64,000 nucleotides of DNA from the human T2T-CHM13v2.0 reference genome, Homo sapiens. Positions 1-22,860 of this stretch are shown one piece after another. The DNA lies in assembly GCF_009914755.1 (NCBI RefSeq), contig NC_060935.1; one strand, given 5' to 3'. A model generated the notes under the pieces. The model worked only from the letters and a program-made list of their open reading frames with translations, did not search any database and had not been told where the DNA came from. The number at the start of each line of letters is the position of its first letter. Position 1 is the stretch's first letter. A program made the translations under genes and the position numbers.

Positions 1-183
1 GGACTGTTGTGGGGTGGGGGGAGGGGGGAGGGATAGCACTGGGAGATATACCTAATGCTAGATGACGAGTTAGTGGGTGCAGCACACCAGCATGGCACAT
101 GTATACGTATGTAACTAACCCACACAATGTGCACATGTACCCTAAAACTTAAAGTATAATAAAAAAAAATTAAAAAAAAAAAA
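1..183 (+). mobile_element. 3' end and poly(A) tail of a young LINE-1 (L1PA2-like)
   Basis: G-rich 3'UTR, GGGAGATATACCTAATGCTAGATGACGAGTTAGTGGG (GAG rather than the Ta ACA diagnostic), CCTAAAACTTAAAGTATAAT then A-tail. Confidence 0.85.
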
Positions 184-552
184 ACAATATGAGATCATGT
201 CCTTTGTAGCAGCATGAATGGAGCTGGAGACCATTATCCTCAGCAAATTAACCACAGGAACAGGAAACGAAATTGCACATGTTCTCACTTACAAGTGGGA
301 GCTAAACATTCAGTATACATGAACACAAAGAAGGGAACAATAGACACTGTGGCCTACTTGAGGATGTAGTGTTGTAGGAAGGAGAGGATTAAATAACTAC
401 CTTTGGGGTACTAAGCTCATTACCTGGGTAATGAAATTATCTTTATACCAAAACCCCTATGATGTGCAATTTACCCATATAAAAAAACCCACACATGTAC
501 TTCCTGAACCGAAAAGTTGGAAAAATAAAATAAATAAAATAAAATAAAATAA
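184..552 (+). mobile_element. 3' end of an older L1PA (PA13-16-like), host of the element above
   Basis: ATGAGATCATGTCCTTTG...GTGGGAGCTAAACATT...CACATGTACTTCCTGAACC followed by a (TAAAA)n tail. Confidence 0.75.
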
Positions 553-939
553 GTCATTAACTAGTTGAGCAAATAAAACACTGGAAGATAGAATACCTGT
601 TTAATACATGCACATATTTAAAGCCAATACATATTGGGTACTACAAGGTTACATTCAGAATTATTTCAGTATGTTGGCTCATGCCTTGCCCTCCTCACCA
701 GAAACCAGAAGAAAGAATGTGATTTATTATGTGTTAATAATTAAGCACAGCCCAGGATCATAAACTTTTAAACAGGCTTTTTAAAAACATAGCCATGATC
801 AACTTTTTCTTGTTTAAAGGAAATTTATATGAAAAGGAAGGATTGTTTATTTAGTTGATAAAATTACAACAATGAAATACTCAGAGATGTTTTAAAAACT
901 AAAGACAGTTATATGTAAATAAATGAGTATTTCTTCCAT

Positions 940-2966
<2,027 letters not shown>

Positions 2967-3375
2967 TGATATGGCTTGGATCTATGTTCCCACCAAATCT
3001 CATGTCAAATTTTAATCTCCAGAGTTGAAGACGGGACTGGTGGGAGGTGATGTAATCATGGGGAAAGTTTCCCATGAATGGTTTAGCACCATCTCCCTGG
3101 TGGTATTCTTGTGGTAGTGAGTGAGTCCTCATAAGATCTGGTTGTTTAACACAAAAGTGTGTGGCAACTCCCCACTCTTTCTCTTTTGCTTCTGCTCCTG
3201 CCATGTAAGACATGTCTTCTTCCCCTTCACCTTTCACCATGATTGGAAGCTTCCTGAGGCCTCCCTAGGAGCAGAAGCCACAATGCTTCCTGCAGAACTC
3301 TGAGTCAATTAAATCTCCCTTCCTTATAAATTACTCAGGTATTCCTTTACAGCCATTTGAGAATGAACTAATACA
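2967..3375 (+). mobile_element. MaLR MST (MSTA/B-like) 5' LTR
   Basis: Starts TGATATGGCTTGGATCT, ends GAACTAATACA; typical MST body. Confidence 0.85.
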
Positions 3376-4688
3376 GAAAATTGGTACTGAGTAGTGGGAC
3401 ATTGGTATAAAGATACCTGACAATGTGAAAGCAGCTTTGGAACTGGGCAACAGGAAGAGGTTGGAAGAGTATAGAGGGCTCAGAAGAAGACAGGAAGATG
3501 AGGGAGGGAAATGTTCAAACTTCCTAGAGACTTGTTGAATTGTTGTGACCGAAATGCTGATAGTGATTTGTATACAGAAGGCCAGGCTGATGAGGTCTCA
3601 GACAGAGTTGAGAAACTTATTAGGAACTGGAGCAAAAGCACTTTTGTTATACCTTAACAAAGAATATGGCTGCATTGTTCCCCTGATCAAGGGATCTATG
3701 GAACTTTGAAATTGAGAGTGATGACTTAAGGTATCTGGAGGAAGATATTTCCAAGCAGAAAAGCATTCAAGATGTGGCCTGGCTACATCCTATGGTCATA
3801 TGCATGAGCAAAGAAATAACCTGAAGTTGGAACTTATACATTTAAAGAGAAGCAGAGCATATAAGTTTGGAAAATTTGCAACCTGTGGTAGAAAAGAAAA
3901 TCCCATTTTCAGGGAAGGAATTCAAGCAGGATGCAGAAATTTACATAATAAAAAGGAGCCAAGTACTAATAGCCAAGACAATGGGGAAAGGCCTCGAAGG
4001 CATTTCAGAGACCTTCACAGCAGCCCCTTTATCACAGGCATAGAGGTTTAGGAGGACTGAATTATTTCCTGGGCCAGACCAAAGAACTTCCTGCACTGTG
4101 CTGCCTCAGGACACTGCTCCCTGCATCCCAGCCACTCCAGCTCCAGCCATAGCTCAAAGGAGCTCAGGTACAGCTTGGGCTGCTGCTTCAGAGGGAACAT
4201 ACCATAAGTCGTGGTGTCATCTACGTGGTCTTAAGCCTGTGGCTGCACAGAGTGCAAGAATTAAGGCTCGAGAGCCTCTGCCTAGAATTCAGAGGATGTA
4301 CAGAAAACCCAGGGTATCAAGGCAGAAGCCTGTTGCAGAGTTGGAGCCCTCAATGAGAAACTGCTAGGACAATGCAGAAGGAAAATGTAGGGTTGGAGCT
4401 CCCACACACAGTCCCCACTAGGGCACTGCCTAGTGAAGCTGTGAGAAGAGGGCCACCACCCTCCAGATTCCAGAATGATAGATCCACCAACAGCTCGTAC
4501 CCTGCACCTGGAAATGCCACAGGCACTCAACAACAGCCCATGAAAGCACGTGAGGGGGCTGAATCCTGCAAATCCATAGGGTGAGTTGCCCAAGGCCTTG
4601 GAAGCCCACCCATTGTACCTGTGTGTCCTGGATTTGAGACATGGAGTCAAAAAATTATTTTGAATCTTTAAAATTTAATGACTGCCCT
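3376..4688 (+). mobile_element. MST internal region, truncated, with no 3' LTR
   Basis: GAAAATTGGTACTGAG directly after the LTR; MST/THE1-int motifs (GCAGCTTTGGAACTGGG, GGCACTGCCTAGTGAAGCTGTGAGAAGAGGGCCACC). Confidence 0.85.
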
Positions 4689-4690
4689 TA

Positions 4691-10297
<5,607 letters not shown>

Positions 10298-13200
10298 GAA
10301 AATACACAGAGGAGATATTAGGTTGGTGCAAAAGTAATTGTGGCATTCTTATAGAATATACAAAATAGCCTCAAAAGGACAAATCTAAGAGTTATTGGCC
10401 TTAAAGAGGGGGTAGAGAAACAGATAGGGGAAGAAAGTTTATTCAAAGGGATAAGAACAGAGAACTTCCCAAAACTAGAGAAAGCTATCAGCATTCAAGT
10501 ACAAGAAGATTATAGAACACCAAGCAGATTTAATCCAAAAATGACTACCTTAAGTCATTTAATAATGAAACCACCAAAGGTCAAGGATAAAGAAAGGATT
10601 CAAAAAGCATCAACAGAAAAAAAAATAACTTACAATGGAGTTCTAATATGTCTGGCAGTAGACTTTTCAGTGGAAAAGGCTAGGAGAGAGCAGCATGACA
10701 TATTTGAAGTGCTGAAGTAAAAAAAAAAAAAGGTTACCTTGCAATAGCATATCTGGTGAAAACATCTTCAAACACGAAGAAGAAATAAAGACTTTCCCAG
10801 CAAACAATAGCTGAGGGATTTCATCAACAGCAGACCTGCACTACAAGAAATGCTAATGGGAGTACTTCAAGCAGAAATAAAAGGACGTACATGAGCACTA
10901 AATAATCACCTGAAGGTACTAAACTCACTGGTAGTAACTACACAGAAAAACACAGAATATTATAACACTGTAATCATGGTATGTAACTACTCATACCTTA
11001 GTAGAAAAACAAAATGATGAACCAATTAAAAATAATAACTGCAACAACTTTTCAAGACATAGACAATAAAGTATAAATAAAAACAACAAAAAAATTAAAA
11101 AGCAGGGGAGATGAAGCTAAACTGTTTATTGGTTTTCTTTTTGTTTATTTGTTTATGAAAACAGTATTAAGTTGTTATGAGCTTAAAATAATGGGTAATT
11201 ACAAGCCTCATGGCAACCTCAAACCAAAAAACATATGATAGATATACAAAAAAAAGCAAGAGAATAAATTATATCACCAGAGATAATCACCTTCATTATA
11301 AGGAAGACAGGAAGACAGAAAAGAAGGAAGAGAGGACCACAAAACAACCAGAAAACAAATAACATAATGGCAAGAGCAAGGCCTTACCTATCAATAATAA
11401 CATTGAATGTAGTGGACTAAACTCTCCAATCAAAAGGCGTAGGCTGACCAAATGTATGAAAGAACAAGACCCATTGGTCTGTTTCTGCCAAGAAACACAC
11501 CTTACCTATAAAAACACACATAGACTGAAAACAAAGGGATGGAAAAAGTATTCCATGACAATGGAAACCCAAAAAACACCAGGAGTCACTATATTTATAT
11601 CAGACAAAATAGATTTCAAAACAAAAACTGTAGGAGACCAAGTGTCACTATATAGTGATAAAGAGGTCAATTCAGAAAGTGGATTATAGCAATATTAAAT
11701 ATACATGCATCCAACACTGGAGCACCCAGATATATAAAGGAAATATTATTAGAGCTAAAAAGAGAAATAGACTCAATACAATAATAGCTGGAGACTTCAA
11801 TACCCCAATATGCCTGATGAATATTGATGCAAAAATCCTGAACAAAATACTAGCAAATCAAATTCAACAACACATTTTTTAAAAATCATTCATCATGACT
11901 AAGTAGGATTTGTCACAGGGATGCAAGGATGGTTCAACATACGCAAATCAATCCAATGTGGTACATCATATTAACAAAATGAAGGACAAAAACCATATAA
12001 TAATTTCAACTGATGCTGAAAAAGCATTTTATAAAATCCAACATCCCTTCATCATAAAAACATTTAAAAAAACTATAGAAGGAGCATACCTCAACATAAT
12101 AAAATCCATATATGATAGACCCACAACAAGTGTCATACTGAATGGGTAAAAACTGAAAGCCTTTCCTTTAAGACCTAGAACATCACAAAGATGGCCACTT
12201 TCACCACTGTTATTCAACATAGTACTGGAAGTTGTAGCTAGAGCAAACAAGAGAAAAATATAAAGGGCATCCAAATCAGAAAGAAAGAAGTCAAATTATC
12301 ATTATTTGCAGATAATATAATCTTATATTTGGAAAAATCAAATGACTCCACCAAAAAAACTATTAGAGCTGATAAACAATTTCAGTTAAGTTGCACAATA
12401 CAAGATCAACATTTTAAAAATCAGTAGCATTTCTATATGCCAACAGTGAATAATATAAAAAAGAAATAAAGAACAGAATCCAATTCACAACAGTCACAAA
12501 TAAAATTAAATAACTAGGAACTAACCAAAGAAGTGACAGATATCTACAAAGAAAACTGTTAAACACTGATGAAATAAATTGAAAAGGACACAAAAAATGG
12601 AAAGATATTCCATGCTTGTGGATTAGAAGAATCAATACTGTTAAACGGTCCATACTACTCAAAGCAGTTTACAGATCCAGTGCAATCTCTATCAAAATAC
12701 CAATGACATTCTTCACAGAAATAGAAAACACAATCCTAAAACTTATATGGAACCAGAAAAGAGCCCAAGTAGCCAAAACTCTCATAGGCAGAAAGGACAA
12801 AACTGGAGGAATCACATTACCTGACTTCAAATTATGCTACACGGCTATAGTGAACAAAACAGCATGATACTGGCATAAAAATGGATGCATACACCAATGG
12901 AACAGAAAAGAGAACCCATAAACAAATCCACACACCTATAGTAAACTCATTTTTGACAAAGGTGCAAAGAACATACACTGAGGAAGAGAGAACGTACACT
13001 GGGGAAAAGACAGTCTCTTCAATAAATCATGCTGGGAAAACTGGATTTCCATATGCAGAAGAATGAAACTGACCCCTGTTTCTCTATATATACAAAAATA
13101 AAATCAAAACGGATCAAAGACCTAACTCTAAGACCTCAAATTATTAAACCACTACAAGAAAACATTAGACAAAGTCCCCAGAACATTGGTCTGGACAAAA

Positions 13201-14402
13201 ATTTCTTGAGCAATACCCCACAAGCACAGGCAACCAAAGCAAAAATGGGCAAATGGGATCACCTCAAGTTAAAAAGCTTCTGCACAGCAGATGATACAAT
13301 AAACAAAGTGAAGAGACAACACACAGAATGGGAGAAAATATTTGCAAACTACCCCTCTGACAAGGGATTAATAACCAGAATACATAAGGAGCTCAAACAA
13401 CTCTTTAGGAAAATATCCAGTTTTTAAAATGGGCAAAAGATTTGAATAGACATTTCTCAAATGAAGACATACAAATGGCAAACAGACATATGAAAATGTA
13501 TTCAACATCATTTGTCATCAGAGAAATGCAAATCAAAACTACAATGATATATCATTTCACCCCAGTTAAAATGGCTTTTATCTAAAAGATGCAATAACAA
13601 ATGCTGGCGAGGATGTGGAGAAAAGGGAAACCTCGTACACAGTTGGTGGGAATGTAAGTGAGTACAAGCACTATGGAGAACAGTGTGGAGGTTCCTCAAA
13701 AATAGAATTACCATATGATCCAGCAGTCTCACTGCTGGGTATATACCCCAAAGAAAGAAAATCAGTATATCAAAGATATCTGTACTCCCATGTTTGTTGC
13801 AGTAATGTTCACAATAGCCAAGATTTGGAAGCAACCTAACTGTCCATCAACAGATGAATGGATAAAGAAAATGTACATAGACACAATGTAGTACTATTTG
13901 GCCGTAAGAAAGAATGAGGCCCTGTCATTTGCAACAATGTTAATGGAACTGCAGAGCATCATGTTAAGTGAAATAATCCAGGTACAGAAAGACAAATATC
14001 ACATGTTCTCACTTATTTGTGTGATATAAACATCAAAACAATTGAACTAATTGAGATAGAGAGTAGAAGGATTGTTATTAGAGGTTGAGAAAGGCAGTAG
14101 AGGGTTGGAGGGGAAGTGAAGATGGTTAATTGGTACAAAAAAATAGAATTAATGAATAAAACCTAGCATTTGCTAGCATAACAGGGCGACTACAATCGAT
14201 AATATTTTAATCATACATTTTAAAATAACTAAAAGAGTATAATTGGGTTGTTTGTAATACAGAGGACAAGTGTTTGAGCGGATGGATACCCCATTCTCTA
14301 TCATGTAATTATTACACATTGCATGCCTGTATCAAAACATCTCCTATACCCCATAAATATATACACCTACTGTGTACCCATAAAAATTTAAAAAATTTTA
14401 AA
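10298..14402 (+). mobile_element. L1MA1-3-like LINE-1 (ORF1 3' part, inter-ORF, internally deleted ORF2, 3'UTR)
   Basis: CQETHLT and IAGDFNTP endonuclease motifs; RT-region fragments; 3' end CCCCATAAATATATACACCTACTGTGTACCC. Confidence 0.85.
10318..10343 (+). mobile_element. Solo Hsmar1/MADE1 terminal inverted repeat (half MADE1)
   Basis: TA + TTAGGTTGGTGCAAAAGTAATTGTGG; the second arm is absent. Confidence 0.75.
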
Positions 14403-14489
14403 AGGAAATAAAACTTTTGCTTTTATTTTGTTTTTCCATCAATATTGTTAAAAAATCTCTAGTATTGATAATTTATTTTTATTTTATTA

Positions 14490-14795
14490 TTTTCTACATA
14501 AACGGTCATCTTGTATGATACTTTATTTCTTTTTTTCTATTGTTATGCCTTCTATTTCCTTTTCTTGTTATAGTGCCCTGGCTAGTGTCATCCATACCAC
14601 GAAGAATAGAAATGCTAACAATGGCATCTCTTTCTCATTCTCAGACATGAAGGAAAAGCTTTCAAAACATGAGTAGTTTTTCCCAGATGAAGTAATTACA
14701 CTATTTCAATTTTGCTAAGGCTTTTTAAACACAAATTGATGATAAAAATTATCAAAGTCTTTTTTGAATCAGTGGCTGTCATGGTTTTTTTCAAG
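14490..14795 (-). mobile_element. Old L1M ORF2 fragment
   Basis: Degenerate antisense RT-region motifs (CCTGGCTAG, GGAAAAGCTTTCA). Confidence 0.5.
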
Positions 14796-14806
14796 AAAAA
14801 ATAATA

Positions 14807-16226
<1,420 letters not shown>

Positions 16227-17920
16227 AACAAATTTCTCTCAGAGCCCCATACTTGACACACAGAGGAAGGGGCCTATTTCCCAAATAACATTATTCATGG
16301 CCCTTAAGTCCTGCCTATGATTCAGTATGGAATTCTAAACAGTGCATTTGTTCAGAATTCTATGTAAATAGTGTATTGCATTTAAGACCCCCAGTGCCAT
16401 GTCCTTTGACTTCTTTAAGGATAAATTTTACCATGAGTGAACTTCCTATTTCTCCTAAATTCAGACAAAACTTAAATGTCAGGTGTGTTACATATAACAC
16501 TAAAATGTTTATGACAAAAATGATTAATTGTAAATTCTATCCATACAGGGGGCCAGTATATTCTATTTTATACTTTATATTTCCTTGAGTGCAGTGATTC
16601 TTATTGCTGTAAAAACCTTGCAGGGACCCTGGAACTAAACACTATACTAAACACTATGTAGACTATATTGATTCCAGTTAAGGTCATGAGGCTTCTAAGT
16701 AGGCTGGCTCCTCTGCCTGTGCTGCTGCTTGGGATTTCTATGTGAAGACCAATGAGGATTATGCTCACCAAATAGAAATGCCTGGTGTAACTCTACTGGC
16801 GTGGTGAATTTTTCAAGTATGATGTTCTAAATAATTGCATACATTTAGTCATTATTTTTGGTTTTCTGTGATTGTACACATTTCAAATAGTCTTTTTATT
16901 TTGAAACAAAGCAATATTATAGTCTGTAATTATTCATTTCCATATGTTAACTCTTAGTTTTGTTTCTGTTGCCTGTCGCTTCCACTGGCTTTCATGCTTG
17001 GTACCTTGTTTCCTTTTGTGTTGGTCATTATTTTTCACTGTGTGTTGGTTACTGATTTTGAATAATTACCAGTAGGACTCATTGAGGTATGGGTTTGTTG
17101 TTTGCTTATTCCGTTCACCCTGACTCAGACCACCTGTCCCTGACCATGTTATATTCAAATTCAAGCACTGAGCTTCTCAAGCTCTCCAGGGCTGCTAACC
17201 TGTGCCAGTCTTGGTTACTTCAGGTTTTCCCTTATCCTGAGGATATATGTGAGGTGTATAAATCAGACTTCTCACCTGGATATGCCATAGGCTTTGATTT
17301 GTGGCCCTCTCATCCCAAAAGAACACTAAAGCTACAGCTCAGGATAATAACAATCTTCTGACTTGTCAAATTCTCTCTCGGCAAAAGCATTTTTGAGTAT
17401 TGGGCCTACTTCTCTAGGTTATCACACTTTCTGATAAGACAATCCCTTATTATCCTATAAGTTCTAACGTGAAATTTAAGATATATTTAACATTTTATCA
17501 TGTTTTAATTGTACTCACCATGGCACTGATTAAAATGACCAATTCTGCCGCTGTTGGAACAGAAACCTCAAAAGTAAATTACATGCGTGTGAGTGAAGAT
17601 TAGACTCCTGGAGCTGTTACACAGGTAACACCATATTCAACATGAACTGTCCTCACCTTTGGCAGCAGTTGTTCAGATGTTATGTTCCCAGTGAGACCTG
17701 CAGTGACTCCTCCCTGCCCCTGGCACATCAACCTTCCACGTACTCTTCCACTTTTTCTTTCTCCATAGCACTCATTCCCTTCTAATAGTAGGTATCACTT
17801 ACTTGTTAGTTTTATTGTCTGACTCCTATGTTAGAAGACAAATTCCATCACGACAGACATCTGTGGCTATTAGTCACTTATATCCTCGTCTAGGGCAGTG
17901 CCTACAAGGATCACCAAATA

Positions 17921-18560
<640 letters not shown>

Positions 18561-19375
18561 TCAAATATAGTTTTTGAATGTACAAAATAAAAAATAAATG
18601 AATGAAGTGATTGATACCCTATGATTCTATTGACAGAATGTTGGGATTGTTGTCTGAAACACTAAAGAGGGGACAGGAAAGAGAAATAAATCTGGTAGTG
18701 GTCAGCATGCAGAGGTTGATTAAGCCTCTCCAGGGGCAGACATACTTTCAGAGGAGAGGCAGTCTAGTCCCCTTGAGTTTCCTAAGTAAGATGAGGCTCT
18801 GACCATGAATGAGTCACTCCAAAAGGTTGTTCCTCACAGCCACAATGTCACACTATAAGCTGGATTCTCCTCTTGGAAGTTATTGCCTGATTTTTTTTTC
18901 CACTCAGTCTCTAAGGAGTTCAGAAACCCTGCTCATTCCCACAGAAGTCACCGGTTTTGACCTGACAGAGAAATTCATAGGTTAGTCAGGGGCCTCTAAC
19001 AGGTTCTTCTCTGGGACCCTATAACCATGCTGGAGACAGAGAATAGAAACGCAGCCCAGATTGTTGTGGGTCTCCCAAGCTCATTGTCAGCAGGCAACCT
19101 TTCTGGAAGAAGAATATCTCCAGCAATTTTACTATGGTTCCTTTGTCATTTTCTCTCACAATGTACTCAGTAACAACTATAGATATCAGGCATGTATCTC
19201 AGGATAAGCTGATGTTGACAATGGCCACAGTCTGAAGGTTTAAAGGTATGCCTTAACTTATGGCAGAAAACAACTCTTGAAAAAATAAGAATAAAATTTT
19301 TAAAGGATTTTCAGCAGATAAAGCATTTTTTTCATGTGAAACTATTTGCATTCTCAATTATAAATTTAATTAAAT

Positions 19376-19381
19376 TTTATT
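19376..19381 (-). terminator. Candidate OR5P3 polyadenylation signal AATAAA
   Basis: TTTATT on plus, ~190 nt downstream of the stop codon, with an ATTAAA nearby. Confidence 0.5.
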
Positions 19382-19568
19382 AAAGGTAAAGCAAGATGGA
19401 CTTCTAATTTCCTATTCTATCTGAAAATCTTCCCTCCTGATTGACTAAAAAGCTCCACACTGGGTAATGGTCTATGGACAGATAAATTTTCACCACAAAC
19501 ACTCGGTGTCTTATTATTATTATATATAGAATATTAATATATCAGATTCTTCAAACTAACTAGTTTCA

Positions 19569-20504
19569 TCAAGAAAATATTTTTATTCTAAGCTCTCTCT
19601 TCAGAGCCCCCTTAATCTCCTTGTTCCTGAGGCTGTAGATCAGGGGGTTCAACATGGGAATCACCACGGTGTAGAACACAGACACCACCTTGTTCTGGTC
19701 AGTTGAGTAGCTGGACTTGGGCATCACATAAATGAAGGTAATGGTCCCATAGAACAGAGTGACTGCAGTGAGGTGGGAGGTGCAGGTGGAGAAGGCCTTG
19801 TGGCGGCCCTTGGTGGAGTGCATCTTCAGGATGGTGATGAGGATATAGATGTAGGATATGGCTATGACACACACAGTGGCCACAATGATAGATCCAGAAG
19901 AGATAGCTGGAATTATTTCAAAAGTAAAATCATGGGAACAAGCAAGCTTCAAAAGTGGTGAATAGTCACAGAAAAAGTGATTGACTTTATTTGGCCCACA
20001 GAAGGACAGTCTTAATAAGCAGCCAATGAATGTCCAAGCATTCACACATCCACCCAGGTAGGACATGCCCACTAAGATGATGCAGACTCCAGGGGACATG
20101 CAGGTAGAGTAGAGCAGGGGTGAGCAGATGGCCACATAGCGATCATAGGCCATGGCAGCCAGCAGGAAGCACTCGGCCGTACCAAACGTCACTACAGAAC
20201 AGAGCTGGGCCACACAACCAGCAACAGGGAGAGAGGTTTCTTTCCTTAGGAAGCTCATGAGCATGACAGGTGTGACTGATGAGGAGTACCCAATGTCTAC
20301 AAAGGCCAAATGGCAGAGGAAAATGTACATGGGTGTATGAAGATGATGACTTCTTCTGATCAATACAATTATGCTGATATTACCCATTAAGGTGACAACA
20401 TAAATTCCTAGAAACACAAGAAATAAAATAGCACAAACTGTAGTATCCTCGGATAACCCCAAAAGAGTAAACTCTACCACAGTGGTGTCATTTCCAGTCC
20501 CCAT
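19569..20504 (-). CDS. OR5P3: Olfactory receptor 5P3, intact single-exon class II OR (311 aa)
   Basis: N-glycosylation NDT; GN; LHTPMY; [10 protein letters not shown]; [10 protein letters not shown]; [12 protein letters not shown]; protein recognised as OR5P3. Confidence 0.96.
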   Translation of the reverse strand: MGTGNDTTVVEFTLLGLSEDTTVCAILFLVFLGIYVVTLMGNISIIVLIRRSHHLHTPMYIFLCHLAFVDIGYSSSVTPVMLMSFLRKETSLPVAGCVAQLCSVVTFGTAECFLLAAMAYDRYVAICSPLLYSTCMSPGVCIILVGMSYLGGCVNAWTFIGCLLRLSFCGPNKVNHFFCDYSPLLKLACSHDFTFEIIPAISSGSIIVATVCVIAISYIYILITILKMHSTKGRHKAFSTCTSHLTAVTLFYGTITFIYVMPKSSYSTDQNKVVSVFYTVVIPMLNPLIYSLRNKEIKGALKRELRIKIFS

Positions 20505-20525
20505 CTATATTGGGAATGGTGCCAA

Positions 20526-20545
20526 CTGAAAGAAAAACAAATGAA
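20526..20545 (-). promoter_or_regulatory. Splice acceptor 21 nt upstream of the OR5P3 ATG
   Basis: Minus strand TTCATTTGTTTTTCTTTCAG|TTGGCACCATTCCCAATATAGATG. Confidence 0.7.
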
Positions 20546-21959
20546 TATTATAATGGGATTAAATGCTATAATTGCACACTTATTTTTCCAATATCTATTT
20601 AACCAAAAAGTATAACAATTTAGGCACTCATGTAAATTTGGGAAGAAAATGCTTTCACACACAGTATCTTATGTAAGACTTTAAAACATAAATGTTCACT
20701 GATGTAAGGTCAGGAATACTCAGAAAAATCTTTTTTTTTTTTTAACTTAACACACTCAACTCGTATTGGATGGTTAATTTAGGTGCTCTCTGAGCACATT
20801 TCAGAGATGACCACTAGAATATATAAAGAATCCAGTAACTCAATCTTCTAAGGCCAAAGACGTGATTGAAGGGAGACATAAATGTCAGAATAGACCAAGA
20901 CTCATGGAAAAGAACAGCTGTTCAAAAGGATGTTTGAGGTATCATCTATTGTATCAAAGATGTGTAGTCATTAAGAATTCCGAATTCCAAACAGAGGTCA
21001 AACAGATTAGCTGCATGCTAATCCACAGGACCAAGAAGAGGTCAGTAACTCAACACTGAGCTGTGGTCCCCACCCAGAGATTTCACAATTGAGGAAAAGT
21101 ACACCAAATATCCAGGAAGTCTGGACCGAGGCAGAAGGTGAAGTAATGCACTCACACTATAAACAAGTAAACAGAGGAAGACTGAGGTTTGAAAGAGGAG
21201 ATGAGATATCTCCTAATTATCTCAGGATCAAGCTATCTGATTCATGATAGTGAGCCAATCTAGAGAAGACATGATCAGGTTACTCCTGGAAGGCTCCAAA
21301 GATACAACTTATACCCAAGACTCTGCATAAGCTGGGGCTAGGTTGCTAACAGAAGATTCCAGCCTTCTACAGAACACAAATATCCAGCCCTATCTGAATA
21401 GTTGCTGTCTGAAAAAAATTGCATCTGTAGGTCACCTTCTGGAAGGCCCTCCTCCATACCAACTCGCTTGAGAAAAATCAAGAAAATGCAAGAAAAGCAG
21501 GAGAGCTTTCTCACAGCTTCAAAAGGTCCTAGAAATAATCCACTCGATTCTCTCACTTTATAAAATTATAAACGGAGATCTAAAAAAGATAGATAATACA
21601 CACCATTGTCCAACATAACTTTAGATCAAATGGCTTTCTGGAAACTGAGCTAAAATGAAGAACCATATTCTTGGACTTCTAATTCATTTACTATCTTTAT
21701 TTCACATATTATACATCTTTTCTATGATTTCTAAAGAAGACTATAGACTATCAGAAAGTATATTTGGTTCATTACATATTTAAAAAGGTTTTAAAATTAT
21801 GCTAACATATAAATAATACATTTACTCTTGAAAGGGGAATTTTGCAGTGCAGTAATTCACATAAAGATGCGGCTGAGAGATAACGACAACTCTTTGAGGC
21901 AGGTGATAGTCTCCTTCAGTGCCCAGCACCTAGGGAATTGATATGCTTTTGTTTTCAGC

Positions 21960-22860
21960 TGAACAGTTGTGAGTGCCTGATAGATGAGGGGTCAAATTTC
22001 ACTAAGATTTTCTTTTTTCTGAGCAACGAAAGGGACAGATATGGAATGTTAGGGTATATGCAAGGTAGAGAGTAAAATAACCACTACATTTAAGCTAGGC
22101 AAAGATGAAGTGAGTACCTGAGATGGGTAAAATCAACAAAATGGTTCTAGCCTTTCTGCAAGGATTGAAAATTTGCTATAATTATTCTACCAGTGCAAAC
22201 AAGCAGGAAAAACAAGAAATGATGGTAGTTACAGTTTGGGGTGCTTAAAAATGAGATTACGGAAAAGCTACAGTTATTGGCAAATGCTAATGTCTAAACT
22301 CTAACAACGGGAGAGACAGGTTTTAGGGAGGAAAACAAATTTTTTTTGAAGATATGTCAAGAAACTAAGAAGCCAAAATGTTGAAAGCAACCTCTATGTG
22401 GAGGTATTAAAGCCACCAGGAATAGTGACAGAAATAATGTAAGAAAATGAGTGAGCCAGAGCCAAAAATCTTCCAAAGATGCGGAGACATGATGCTAGCC
22501 AGTTGATGACTGCAAATGCATAAGGAGAGAAAGGTAAGATTGGTTAGTATAGTCTGATGACATAAAACTCAACTATGGGTATTTGTAGGTAGGAAGGAGA
22601 GAGAATGTCCACAAGCAGCAACAAGGGAAATGGAAGATCCTATCCATCACCAGGTTCGGGGTAAAAGTGGTAAGAGAAAAAAAAGTTCATCATTTGAGAA
22701 GGCTGCAGAGAAAACATTGTCCTCAGGGACAGCCAAGTGTCTGTTGAAAAGGACAGTAAGGGAAATGGAATGTTCAAAACCAATATTGAGGACATAAGAA
22801 ATTTTGTTGATAACTGTGACTGCAGAAGGGCACAGGAAAAAGGCTTCAAGAGTTAAAAAG
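21960..22860 (-). mobile_element. L2 ORF2 (endonuclease region) relic in the putative OR5P3 intron
   Basis: ORF 22640-22849 contains LLSFSTDTWLS...PEPGDG, resembling the L2 endonuclease LALTETWLS...PGGG motif. Confidence 0.5.
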
